IMG/VR virus record: IMGVR_UViG_3300043607_000027
Coordinates: 1-41,083 of that record
Reading direction: 5' to 3' (one strand)
DNA from: a virus
DNA: 41,083 bases
Of the stretch, positions 1 to 8,379 are shown in pieces. Under the pieces are notes generated by a model. That model worked only from the letters and a program-made list of their open reading frames with translations. It was not told the DNA's origin and did no database searches. The first letter of the stretch is position 1; each line of letters starts with the position of its first letter. Position numbers and translations under genes: made by a program.

Positions 1-127
1 CCAATGGCTCACGCGGCACTGGCGCGGGTGTGATGCCGGTCGGCGATGGGTCCAACGCGGGCACGCCGGGCACCAAGCGCGACCTCACGCTGGCGATGCT
101 CGACGCCGCCGTGCAGCAGGCGTGGCA
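1..127. repeat. terminal overlap identical to 40957..41083 (circular-assembly signature)
   Basis: All 127 nt match the last 127 nt of the window. The overlap lies inside the capsid reading frame. Confidence 0.97.
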
Positions 128-518
128 AGCGGGCGGCAAGCCGACGCTTGGCATCATGTCCGGTAACATCAAAGCCTACTTCGCCACCCTCTCCCAGGGC
201 GGCACGGGCAACGCGGTGGTGGCTCAGAACATCCAGAATGTTACGTCATCGCAAGAAGTAACCATCATGGGCGCCGTCGATGTCTATCGGACGAACTTTG
301 GAACGATCCAACTGGCGCCTGATCGTTTCTGCCCCGCCAACCAGATCCTGCTGGTCTCCACCGATTATGTCGAACTGGCGCCACTACCTGGACGCGATGT
401 CATAGAGCTCGATTTCGCCAAGACAGGAGATAATACCCAAGGCGCGGTGTTGTTTGAAGGCTCATTGAGGCCAACGGCCCCGAAAGCACACGCATGGATT
501 GCAGATCTCAACCAATGA
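1..518 (+). CDS. major capsid protein, 3' portion (5' portion at 40491..41083; gene spans the circular junction)
   Basis: Same frame as 40491..41083 once the duplicated 127 nt are removed, giving 327 aa in total. The sequence looks like DUF5309/SU10-type HK97-fold capsid (..GIMSGNIKAYF.., ..LVSTDYVELAPLPGRD..FAKTGDNTQGAV..). It lies directly after the scaffold gene. Confidence 0.85.
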   Translation, partial: NGSRGTGAGVMPVGDGSNAGTPGTKRDLTLAMLDAAVQQAWQAGGKPTLGIMSGNIKAYFATLSQGGTGNAVVAQNIQNVTSSQEVTIMGAVDVYRTNFGTIQLAPDRFCPANQILLVSTDYVELAPLPGRDVIELDFAKTGDNTQGAVLFEGSLRPTAPKAHAWIADLNQ

Positions 519-523
519 GTGTA

Positions 524-1027
524 TTATCTAGGATTAATTCCTCTTGTCCTGCGGTTAATAGTCTGTCGTATCCGCCTGCACAAGAGGCATTTCCTGGTAT
601 CGGGGCCACCGCGATGCTGACGCTCGAAATAGACGTTCTCGGCCGTCAGTTCATGTCCTCTCGAACAATGGAGTCGGGGGATCGCGATCTCTCGGGCGCG
701 CATTTCTTTCATGCGCTTCGACGCGACGATTGGAGCAAGGCCGCGCCGGACGTTGATGCTTCCGGTAACGGCTTCGAGGTGATCGGGGTTGATGCAACAG
801 GTAACGCGGCAGAGATGGTCGATCTGCAATCCTTCCGGGATCGGCCCCTTGGCGTATTCGTAAGCGAGGCGGTGCGCCGGAATACTGGCGCCGCGTCGCC
901 CGGAGGGGACTCTTCCGTAGTCGCGGCGTATCACGCCTTCCCATACCCAACAGCCGCAAAACGGAACGGGAATGCAACGCTCAAACAATTCGTCGAGCGA
1001 AGCGGGGAAATGCTGCAAAGTGGTCAT
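524..1027 (-). CDS. HNH homing endonuclease
   Basis: 167 aa. HNH core AHRLAYEYAKGPIPEGLQIDHLCRVTCCINPDHLE, plus a C-terminal CSRGH..x..CLLC zinc-ribbon-like tail. It is the only minus-strand gene in the structural block. Confidence 0.88.
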   Translation of the reverse strand: MTTLQHFPASLDELFERCIPVPFCGCWVWEGVIRRDYGRVPSGRRGASIPAHRLAYEYAKGPIPEGLQIDHLCRVTCCINPDHLEAVTGSINVRRGLAPIVASKRMKEMRAREIAIPRLHCSRGHELTAENVYFERQHRGGPDTRKCLLCRRIRQTINRRTRGINPR

Positions 1028-1070
1028 AGCCTTTGGTCCTTTACGGGAGGATCATTGAGGTCAGGAATGT

Positions 1071-1105
1071 CGCCGGCTTCCAACGGCCGGCGGCGTTCCG
1101 TTTCT
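1071..1105 (+). terminator. weak hairpin / possible attenuator downstream of capsid+HNH
   Basis: cgccggc-ttccaacg-gccggcg (7 bp, extendable to 9 with a G-U pair) followed by gcgttccgtttct. The U-tract is poor. Confidence 0.25.
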
Positions 1106-1121
1106 ACCATGGAACGCGCCC

Positions 1122-1430
1122 ATGGGTAACCTGCTTTACGAAAGTCACGATCCCGTAACGCTCCGCCATACCGAGGTGGAGCGAGAGGATGGCGGACTGT
1201 TGTTCGTCCACTCTCAGGACACCAAAGCGATCACCGAGAGCGCCAAAACGATCGCATCGAACTTCGACCCCCACGTCAGACGCGATACCGTCCACGTCGC
1301 CCGCATCCCGCTGGTGATCTGGAACCGCCTGAAGAAACTGGGGATTACCAGTGATGAGAAGGCGCTGAACGCCTGGTTGAACGACCCGGACAACAGCGTC
1401 TTCCGAACCGATGATCGGAGCACCCTCTGA
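1122..1430 (+). CDS. hypothetical head-module protein
   Basis: 102-aa ORF with balanced composition, first plus-strand gene after the HNH insert. No family recognised. Confidence 0.7.
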   Translation: MGNLLYESHDPVTLRHTEVEREDGGLLFVHSQDTKAITESAKTIASNFDPHVRRDTVHVARIPLVIWNRLKKLGITSDEKALNAWLNDPDNSVFRTDDRSTL

Positions 1431-1431
1431 A

Positions 1432-2028
1432 ATGGCCAGCGGAACCTCGACCACCACACCACCCCCGGCGCCGATGCGGCGCACACCGGGGATCGGCCCC
1501 GACGCCGCCACCACTCCCAACATGAACCGCGGCGGCATCATGCCGCCTGGCAGCACGGCGGGCGTCGGCACGGTGCCGCTCGCGGGCATCGGGATGCTGC
1601 CCGGCACCGAGGACGGCATGACCGAGATCAAACCCCTCGGCCCGCTGAAGCCCGTCCTGGTGGACGGCTTCGACCGCTCCCTCCTGGGTAAGCTCTATCC
1701 TGATGCCGATGATCCCGTGGCCGCCGCGATGGCGGCGGCGGAGGAGCGCATCCGGGTGGGGACGATCGCCGAAGAGTCTCTTCACCAGCCTTTTTACACC
1801 GCCGATGGCGTCCAGTCCCCCGGCAACCCGGTGTTCGATCCGACCCCGCCCGCGGACGCTACCGCGCGCGGCGCGGGCCAGCATCGCCCGGCCCCTGGCG
1901 AGAACGACCCGCCGGTAGCAGGGGGTCCGCATCCCGCCCCGCAACAGTCCACCTCGACCACGCCGCCGCGCGGTCAGCACGACGATGACGATGACAAGAA
2001 GCACGACAAGAAGAACGACAAGAAGTAG
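1432..2028 (+). CDS. hypothetical Pro/Gly-rich virion-module protein with charged DDDDDKKHDKKNDKK tail
   Basis: I chose ATG 1432, 2 nt after the upstream stop (the track start 1411 overlaps upstream). 198 aa. No family recognised. Confidence 0.65.
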   Translation: MASGTSTTTPPPAPMRRTPGIGPDAATTPNMNRGGIMPPGSTAGVGTVPLAGIGMLPGTEDGMTEIKPLGPLKPVLVDGFDRSLLGKLYPDADDPVAAAMAAAEERIRVGTIAEESLHQPFYTADGVQSPGNPVFDPTPPADATARGAGQHRPAPGENDPPVAGGPHPAPQQSTSTTPPRGQHDDDDDKKHDKKNDKK

Positions 2029-2697
2029 GTGGCCTCTTACCAGCAACTCATCGACGATGTTCAGAACTGGCTGAATCGTAGAGATTTAGCCAGCCTGATC
2101 CCTGGCTGGGTGCTGATGGTCGAAACCGAGATCGCCGAGACCCTGCGGGCGCGCTGCATGGTCACCTTCGGCGAGCAGGACATCGACGCCGCCGAAATCG
2201 CTCTTCCCGATGACTTCGCCCAGATGGAATCGATCAGGGACGCCACATCGGGCGAGCTGCTGAAGCTGAAAGACGAGTGGAGCGGGCACTGGGTGGGGAG
2301 ACAGTCCAGCGCCTGGCAAGAGGGTGCGGTCGTAGGGGCTGTTGGACAGGTCTGCACCGCGTATCGGCTGAAGGCGAACTGTATCGAGTTCCTGCCGCAT
2401 CCGATCATGCCAGACCCCCCGGACCCGGCGCATCTTTGGCAACGGGTCATCATGGGGTGGTATGCCAAACCGAAGCCTCTTCTCCTGCCGTCCGACACCA
2501 ATCCGGTCCTGGAGGCCCTCTACGGCGTCTACCTCTGGGGCGTGATCAAACATGGCGCGCTGTTCGAGCTGGATGATGACAGGGCCGCGCAGGCTGACGC
2601 CCAGTGGCAACAGCAGGTGACGCGGGCAAATCTTCATAAGCAGCAGTCGGATTATGGTGGCGCACCGTTACGATCCGAACTGGTATCGTTTGGATGA
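2029..2697 (+). CDS. putative head-tail adaptor/connector protein
   Basis: 222 aa with a GTG start immediately after the upstream TAG. The N-terminus YQQLIDDVQNWLNRRDLASLIPGWVLMVETEI resembles adaptor proteins of alphaproteobacterial phages (from memory only). Position between head and tail genes fits. Confidence 0.5.
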   Translation: MASYQQLIDDVQNWLNRRDLASLIPGWVLMVETEIAETLRARCMVTFGEQDIDAAEIALPDDFAQMESIRDATSGELLKLKDEWSGHWVGRQSSAWQEGAVVGAVGQVCTAYRLKANCIEFLPHPIMPDPPDPAHLWQRVIMGWYAKPKPLLLPSDTNPVLEALYGVYLWGVIKHGALFELDDDRAAQADAQWQQQVTRANLHKQQSDYGGAPLRSELVSFG

Positions 2698-4043
2698 GCT
2701 TCGTCGTCCACCGGGTCGCCAAAAGCGCCGCGCGCTACACCGACGCGGGCGGGCGGGAGAAGTGCGGATACTGCCGTTTCTTCGTCGCCCCTCGCGCCTG
2801 CGGCAAGGTCATCGGTCCCGTCAGCCCCCAGGGTTGGTGCAAATACTTTAGCCGTCAGGTAGCCCAACAATATAGTGGCGCCGGCATCACGGGCGGCGGT
2901 GGTCCTCCCGGTATGACGCTCGATCTCAACTTCATGTCATCCGGCAACATGCCCGCCGGCGTCACGTTCACACGCGCGTCATCCGCGACATACACCGACG
3001 CCTCCGGCGTGATCCAGACAGCCGCGACCAACGCGCCGCGCTGGGATTACGCGAACGGTGTGTTGCGCGGGCTGCTGATCGAGGAAGCGCGGACGAATAC
3101 CCAACCATGGAGTGGCGATCTGAGTCATGCGCCATGGGCACCGGCGGCTCTGGGCGTGATCGCGCCGACTGTCACGGGTAACAATGTCGTTGCTCCGGAT
3201 GGCACACTGACCGCCGCGCGCATCGTCATGCCCGCGGTCCCCGCTGGTGCGAACGCGAGTTTTGTTGGCGCCAATTCTGGATCGGGCGCGGTGCCGACGA
3301 CCTTCTCCATTTGGTTGCGTGGCGCGGTTGGAGGAGAGATCGTCAATGTAAGCGCCAGCAACTTCACTGTTTGGGCACATACGACGGTAACTCTGACCAC
3401 GGTCTGGCAAAGGTATTCGTTCACGACGACGCCGGCAGGCAACTGGACGTTCTTTGTCGGCGCCGACATGCGCGACGCGACGCAGACGCCGACACCGGCG
3501 CAGACGTTTCATGCGTGGGGCGCGCAATGCGAGGCGGGCGCGTTCCCGACCAGTTACATTCCGACGACATCGGCGACGGTGACGCGGGCGGCTGATGTCG
3601 CTGTCATGCCGGCGAATGTGAGTTGGTATGCGCCGCCCCCCGGCACGATATTCGTCGAAACATTGCAACAGGCACTAATGAGTAAGGCGGCGGCGGTGGT
3701 CGCGTTGGCCAACGGGGCCGCCGGGCCGCATACGGGAATAAATGTGAGCGGCGCGAATACCGTCAATATATTCGATAATACAGGCGGGCTTAATTTGTCC
3801 ATCGGAGCGGTCCCCGTCGCCACGCCGTATAAAGTGGCACTCGCATTCGCCAACGGTTCACAACGCGCCAGTTTGAATGGAGCCGCGATCGTCAGCGCGG
3901 CGACGGCGACGATAACCACTGGTGTCACGCTCCTGGCCATTGGCGGCGACGGCATCGGTTCGCAGATGAACAGCTACATTCGCCGTGTTCAATTCTGGCC
4001 GCGTCAGTTGACCGATGCCGAGTTGCAGCAGGTGACGACATGA
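2694..4043 (+). CDS. tail fibre / host-specificity-like protein with N-terminal Cys4 module
   Basis: 449 aa with an ATGA overlap. Residues 1-73 carry C24,C27,C36,C49. The block MTLDLNF..FTRASSATYTDASG..NAPRWDY..GLLIEEARTN is typical of phage fibre proteins with a lectin-like fold. Confidence 0.65.
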   Translation: MSFVVHRVAKSAARYTDAGGREKCGYCRFFVAPRACGKVIGPVSPQGWCKYFSRQVAQQYSGAGITGGGGPPGMTLDLNFMSSGNMPAGVTFTRASSATYTDASGVIQTAATNAPRWDYANGVLRGLLIEEARTNTQPWSGDLSHAPWAPAALGVIAPTVTGNNVVAPDGTLTAARIVMPAVPAGANASFVGANSGSGAVPTTFSIWLRGAVGGEIVNVSASNFTVWAHTTVTLTTVWQRYSFTTTPAGNWTFFVGADMRDATQTPTPAQTFHAWGAQCEAGAFPTSYIPTTSATVTRAADVAVMPANVSWYAPPPGTIFVETLQQALMSKAAAVVALANGAAGPHTGINVSGANTVNIFDNTGGLNLSIGAVPVATPYKVALAFANGSQRASLNGAAIVSAATATITTGVTLLAIGGDGIGSQMNSYIRRVQFWPRQLTDAELQQVTT

Positions 4044-5578
4044 ACGACCGGCCCTCATACCCGTGGTCGGAAGGCGACGCTTTGTTCGCCACGGAACTGA
4101 ACGCGGCCATCGCCAACGCGGGCGGTGGACTGGGCGGCGCCGAGAATGTCCTGGTGCATGGTGCTGATCCAACGGGCGTGACGGACAGCACGGCGGCGTT
4201 CAACGCGGCGGCGGCGGTCGTCGCGTCGGGCAGCACACGGCACAAGGCGGTTTATGTCCCGACCGGCACATATCGCGTTAATGGTCAGATCAACCTGACC
4301 GCCTGCCAGGCGTTCTACGGCGACAGCCGCGGCTCGTCGGTGCTGATGATCGATGACAGGTTCGATCCGGCGGCGGCGGCGGTGATCATGGTCACGGCGT
4401 CGAATTACGATGCCGGTCCCGTGCTGCGTGATTTCGGCATCACATTCGCGCAACCGCTCGATCAGGGCTCGCGCGCCAACTTCATGACCCTGGCGGCGGG
4501 CGGCACATCGGGACCGGGCGGCACGGGCGTCATGTATCCTCCCGCCATCGCGTCCGGCACTTCTTCTTTCCGTATCCAGGTCATCCGGGTGCGCATTCAA
4601 TGCGCCTGGGTCGGCATTACCACAAACGGAAACAACACGGTATTTTGGCTCGATGACATTGAAATGTCCGCGCTGAACATCGGCGTGAATGTCGGAGACG
4701 GGCCGGGTGTGCAGGACTTCATGCACATAAATCAGTTCCACTTCTGGAGTTTTGGCATCAACACGGCGAATGCGCTCTGGAATGTTTACAGTGACGGGCA
4801 GACCATTTCCCTTCAGGTTGGACGATGCGACGGCCTGAACATCAAGGATTTCAGTTCGTTCTGGGGGCGGTTGGTGTTCATCGGGGATGGCGGGTTCACG
4901 AGTTGCCATCTCGTTAACGCCATGATGGACGGCGATGGGGCTACCATCGAGGTCAACGGCACCGGCATCGGCCATCTGTTCATCAGCAATATGTATGGAT
5001 CAGCGGGGACCACGCGGGTGCGTCCGTTGCTTGGCTTCAATGCCGCCGGTCATATACGGATCAATAACTTTTATTCTCACTCGTCATCGAACTTTCCAGA
5101 GATTGTGGTGTCGAACCCGAATGCCGATGTCGCGGTCAGCGGCTTTTGGAACACTTTTTATACTTTGGGCGTCAACTGGGCGCAGATCGTGCGCGGCACG
5201 CTGCGGCTGACCAACGGCTATGTTGCTCCTGTCGGGACACGCACCGCGCCGGTCATCGAGGAAACCACCAACGGAAATCTGGTCATCGACAACGTGCAGA
5301 TCGATGGTGGCGGCGCCGCCGGGAGTGGTGGGATCGCGGTGCGGATGGTCACCGCCGGTCCGGCCACGATGATCGGACGGGTGTCCTTCACCGCGGGGTC
5401 TACCTGGACGTGGTCGCTGCCGGCGGCGCTGAGTTTGACGACTTATAGCCCGAAGATAGGATTTCCGGGCCTTCAGGCAAGCACGACCTATGCCAGTGAC
5501 GCGGCGGCGGCGGCGGGCGGCGTGGCGATTGGACAGCTTTATCGTAACGGCTCCGTCGTTCAGATCAGGATAGCGTGA
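4040..5578 (+). CDS. tailspike, pectate-lyase-like right-handed beta-helix (putative depolymerase)
   Basis: 512 aa with an ATGA overlap. VLVHGADPTGVTDSTAAFNAA..VYVPTGTYRVNG matches the Pectate_lyase_3-type N-terminal signature. The remainder is long and Gly/Asn/Val-rich. Confidence 0.75.
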   Translation: MNDRPSYPWSEGDALFATELNAAIANAGGGLGGAENVLVHGADPTGVTDSTAAFNAAAAVVASGSTRHKAVYVPTGTYRVNGQINLTACQAFYGDSRGSSVLMIDDRFDPAAAAVIMVTASNYDAGPVLRDFGITFAQPLDQGSRANFMTLAAGGTSGPGGTGVMYPPAIASGTSSFRIQVIRVRIQCAWVGITTNGNNTVFWLDDIEMSALNIGVNVGDGPGVQDFMHINQFHFWSFGINTANALWNVYSDGQTISLQVGRCDGLNIKDFSSFWGRLVFIGDGGFTSCHLVNAMMDGDGATIEVNGTGIGHLFISNMYGSAGTTRVRPLLGFNAAGHIRINNFYSHSSSNFPEIVVSNPNADVAVSGFWNTFYTLGVNWAQIVRGTLRLTNGYVAPVGTRTAPVIEETTNGNLVIDNVQIDGGGAAGSGGIAVRMVTAGPATMIGRVSFTAGSTWTWSLPAALSLTTYSPKIGFPGLQASTTYASDAAAAAGGVAIGQLYRNGSVVQIRIA

Positions 5579-5790
5579 GCATGGATCAGCAAATCCCCGT
5601 CAGCTTGTCCCGTCAGCAATGGGAACACGTCCTCACGATGATGGCTGAACAGCCATTCAAAGTATCCGCGCCGTTGATCGCGGAGGTTCAACGTCAGTGC
5701 CAGATGTTCGACATGCGGCAACGCGCGACCCAGCAGCAGCCGCGTCTCGTGCCGGAAGACTACGGGCCGATCGAGCAATTGGCGGAATGA
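5575..5790 (+). CDS. hypothetical small protein
   Basis: 71 aa, GTGA overlap with the tailspike stop. Non-biased composition. Confidence 0.6.
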   Translation: MSMDQQIPVSLSRQQWEHVLTMMAEQPFKVSAPLIAEVQRQCQMFDMRQRATQQQPRLVPEDYGPIEQLAE

Positions 5791-6134
5791 CCGTATCCAT
5801 CACACCAGGGCACTTCGGCCCCCTCGGCTACGGCTCGATCGATGGGCGGCCGGGGCGGTTCACGGCCAGGGGCTATGACATCCCCGGCGTCACCAGCCTG
5901 AGCCAGGGCCGGTTCGGTCCTGACGGCTATGGCGCCGATACATCGATGTGGCAGTCGCCTGGGGACTGCGCGACCGGCGTCTGGACGGCGCCCATCATGC
6001 CTCCCCCCGCGCCTGCCCGTAGGTCACGCCCTTATGGTGTCGGCGCCTATGGCGTCGGTCCCTACGAGCGTTATGCCACCCCATGGATGAAGCCGGCCAC
6101 TTGCTCCGTGGGAACCTGGGCGCGGTCCGCATGA
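5787..6134 (+). CDS. hypothetical Gly/Pro/Tyr-rich protein
   Basis: 115 aa from ATG 5787 (ATGA overlap). I preferred this to the track start 5697, which overlaps the upstream gene by 94 nt. Confidence 0.55.
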   Translation: MTVSITPGHFGPLGYGSIDGRPGRFTARGYDIPGVTSLSQGRFGPDGYGADTSMWQSPGDCATGVWTAPIMPPPAPARRSRPYGVGAYGVGPYERYATPWMKPATCSVGTWARSA

Positions 6135-6607
6135 GCTACTCGGTCACACCCAACCTCGGACTGAAGAAACCGACCCCCGGCGCCGACGACGATATGTGGG
6201 GGACGCACTGGAACGATAACGCGACGATCCTGGATACCGCTTTCACGGCGATCGACAGCACACCGGTGTCGATCACGTTCGTGCTGTCCGGGAAGCCAGC
6301 ATCAGGCGCCATCGCCAACGCTCCTGTCGCGATGCCCCTGTCGGTGCCCGCCGGGCTCGCCGGGACGACGGTGTTCGATAGCACCAGGGCCACGAGCAAC
6401 GCCGCCTTCACGCTCAACCGCATCGTCAACGGCACGACCGTTACACCCATCGGCGCCGTGACCATCACGCCCGCGTCCAATACATCGGCGACACTGACCG
6501 GGGCGGGCGGAACACTCGCGGTTGGCGATGTGCTGCAACTCATCGCGCCGGCGCAAGACGCTACTTTGTCCGATGTCGGAATCACTCTGTTGTGTTCGAG
6601 GATTTAG
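6131..6607 (+). CDS. short tail-fibre-like protein
   Basis: 158 aa from ATG 6131 (ATGA overlap). The N-terminus MSYSVTPNLGLKKPTPGADDDMWGTHWNDNATILD is the fibre-anchor motif also seen at the N-terminus of the 8380..9438 protein. Confidence 0.7.
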   Translation: MSYSVTPNLGLKKPTPGADDDMWGTHWNDNATILDTAFTAIDSTPVSITFVLSGKPASGAIANAPVAMPLSVPAGLAGTTVFDSTRATSNAAFTLNRIVNGTTVTPIGAVTITPASNTSATLTGAGGTLAVGDVLQLIAPAQDATLSDVGITLLCSRI

Positions 6608-6610
6608 CGA

Positions 6611-7021
6611 ATGGCCCTGCTTTATAGCGCCGCCGCGCAGACCGCCCAGCTACAGGCGCTCATCAACAACATCGGCACCGCCACCACTGGCAGTCTCGTC
6701 ATCTACTCCGGCGCGCAGGTCGCCAAACCGGACACGACCCCCGGCCCGACCGGGTCGCTGGTCGCGATCACGCTTCCGGCGCCTCCGCTGACGATCACGA
6801 CCGGCGGCACCGCCGCCGCCTCGGTGACAGCGCTCGCCGGAACGTGGCAAGGCGTCGCCGGAACGGCGGGCACGGCGGCGTCGTGGCGCATCTTCAACAA
6901 CACCGGCACCGTTTGCGTCATGCAGGGCGTGATGACCGACCTCGTGCTCAACAACAATAGTATCGCGGTTGGTCAAACAGTCAGTGTGACATCCTTCGCG
7001 ATAACCGCCGGCAACTTCTAA
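6611..7021 (+). CDS. hypothetical tail-associated protein
   Basis: 136 aa, tightly packed between fibre genes. No family recognised. Confidence 0.65.
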   Translation: MALLYSAAAQTAQLQALINNIGTATTGSLVIYSGAQVAKPDTTPGPTGSLVAITLPAPPLTITTGGTAAASVTALAGTWQGVAGTAGTAASWRIFNNTGTVCVMQGVMTDLVLNNNSIAVGQTVSVTSFAITAGNF

Positions 7022-8038
7022 ATGGCCATCGCGCTCGTCTCGAATGTCACCATCCCCGGTAGTCCAACCGGCGGGACAAGCGCGTCCATCAACACGACCG
7101 GCGCCACGCTTATCGTTATCACCTTGTCGCAATACGACGCTTCGGCGTTCGTCGCGCCAACGGACAACAAGGGCAACACATACACCGGCCTGACGCAACG
7201 GACGGCGGGCACCGGCGTCGGACGGGATAACGCCGGCGCGCGGCTTTGGTATTGCGCGGGTCCGATCGTCGGCGCCGGCCACACCTTCACGTCAACAGCC
7301 GACTATTCCTCCTGCAACGTCATGGCCTTTAGTGGCGCCGCCACGGTGTCGCCGGTCGATGGGGAAACCGGGGCCACGGCCGCGACAACCCCCCTGGCGA
7401 CAAACTCCGTCACGCCCACGGCTAATAACGCCGTCCTCGTCACCGGGGCTTCTTTCGGAACCGCCAGCGCGACCATCACTGGCGGCTTCACGATAGCCAG
7501 TACAGTGCCTTTTGGAGCGTCGAACAACTACGCCAACGCGGGCGCCTACCTGATCCAGACAACCGCCGCCGCCGCCAATCCGCAATGGACGTTCGCGGGA
7601 AGCAACGGCGGCGCGGTTGTCATCGCGGCATTCAAGGCGTCCACCGGCCTCGCCCCGATCACCGGCACGCTGGCCGTCACCGAGGCCGCCGATACGATCA
7701 CCGCCGTTGGCCGCGTGGCTGTCGGTGGCACGCTGGCTGTCACGGAGCAGGCTGACACGGTCAACGCCGCCGGTGCTGTCCGCGTCGCCGCCGCGCTCGC
7801 GCGCACCGAGGCCAACGACACGCTGACGGCGGCCGGGACAGTCACATCCCCCGGCGCGATCAACGGCGCGCTGTCGGCGTTTCAGGCGGTGCAAACGCTC
7901 ACCGCCACCGGCAAGATCCTGGTGAATGGTGGACTAAATCGAACCCAAAGCGCGCAGACACTCGCCGCGACCGGAATCGTGGGTAGCCTCGCGCCACCGC
8001 CACCGGGGCAGAGTGTGCAAGTGATCATAATGTCATGA
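7022..8038 (+). CDS. virion/tail protein with C-terminal degenerate 21-aa repeats
   Basis: 338 aa. ATG directly follows the upstream TAA. It has a globular N-terminal ~205 aa, then 5 repeats of the form xGxLxxTExxDTLxAxGxV. Confidence 0.7.
   Translation: MAIALVSNVTIPGSPTGGTSASINTTGATLIVITLSQYDASAFVAPTDNKGNTYTGLTQRTAGTGVGRDNAGARLWYCAGPIVGAGHTFTSTADYSSCNVMAFSGAATVSPVDGETGATAATTPLATNSVTPTANNAVLVTGASFGTASATITGGFTIASTVPFGASNNYANAGAYLIQTTAAAANPQWTFAGSNGGAVVIAAFKASTGLAPITGTLAVTEAADTITAVGRVAVGGTLAVTEQADTVNAAGAVRVAAALARTEANDTLTAAGTVTSPGAINGALSAFQAVQTLTATGKILVNGGLNRTQSAQTLAATGIVGSLAPPPPGQSVQVIIMS
7658..7984 (+). repeat. coding tandem repeat (5 x ~63 nt, degenerate)
   Basis: The five units are ITGTLAVTEAADTITAVGRVAV, GGTLAVTEQADTVNAAGAVRV, AAALARTEANDTLTAAGTVTS.., NGALSAFQAVQTLTATGKILV and NGGLNRTQSAQTLAATGIVGS. 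Confidence 0.8.
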
Positions 8039-8055
8039 TCGGGAGAGGATGAGCC

Positions 8056-8370
8056 ATGCCATCGACAGCGGGACAGATGACCCAGACACCGACCGGCAAC
8101 CCGCAATGGCGGGCCTGCGACGGCAGCAGAGTCCAGGGCTTCCAGGCCCCGATCGCGCCGCAGACCAATCGCCCGCACACCGGCTACTCCTACGGCACCT
8201 ACAGGGACTGGGTGCTCAGAATGGGCTACAACCGCACCAAGGGCATCGCCGGCTGGCGGGTCATGCTGCCGACCGGCGCGGGCTGGTATGTCGCGGTGAC
8301 CGACGACAGCTCCGACGCGCCGACCGGGGTGACGAACACCGCCAACAATCCACCAGCGGGCGTGAAGTAG
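8056..8370 (+). CDS. hypothetical protein
   Basis: 104 aa with GGGAGAGGA 7 nt upstream of the ATG. I preferred it to the overlapping Arg-rich frame 8049..8390. Confidence 0.6.
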   Translation: MPSTAGQMTQTPTGNPQWRACDGSRVQGFQAPIAPQTNRPHTGYSYGTYRDWVLRMGYNRTKGIAGWRVMLPTGAGWYVAVTDDSSDAPTGVTNTANNPPAGVK

Positions 8371-8379
8371 GAGACACCG

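Noticed and set aside
1-127. Biological direct terminal repeat (T7-like DTR).
   Set aside because: The length is exactly 127 (a common assembler k-mer) and the overlap falls in the middle of the capsid coding sequence. This is more parsimoniously a circularisation artefact. Physical ends are unknown.
494-1129. Plus-strand 211-aa ORF overlapping the capsid 3' end and the whole HNH gene.
   Set aside because: It is the antisense frame of a motif-rich HNH endonuclease, and its sequence has no recognisable features.
7658-7984. CRISPR-like or DGR-like repeat interpretation of the tandem repeats in the tail region.
   Set aside because: The repeats are contiguous, in-frame, degenerate coding repeats without spacers. 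No reverse transcriptase or template/variable repeat pair is present.
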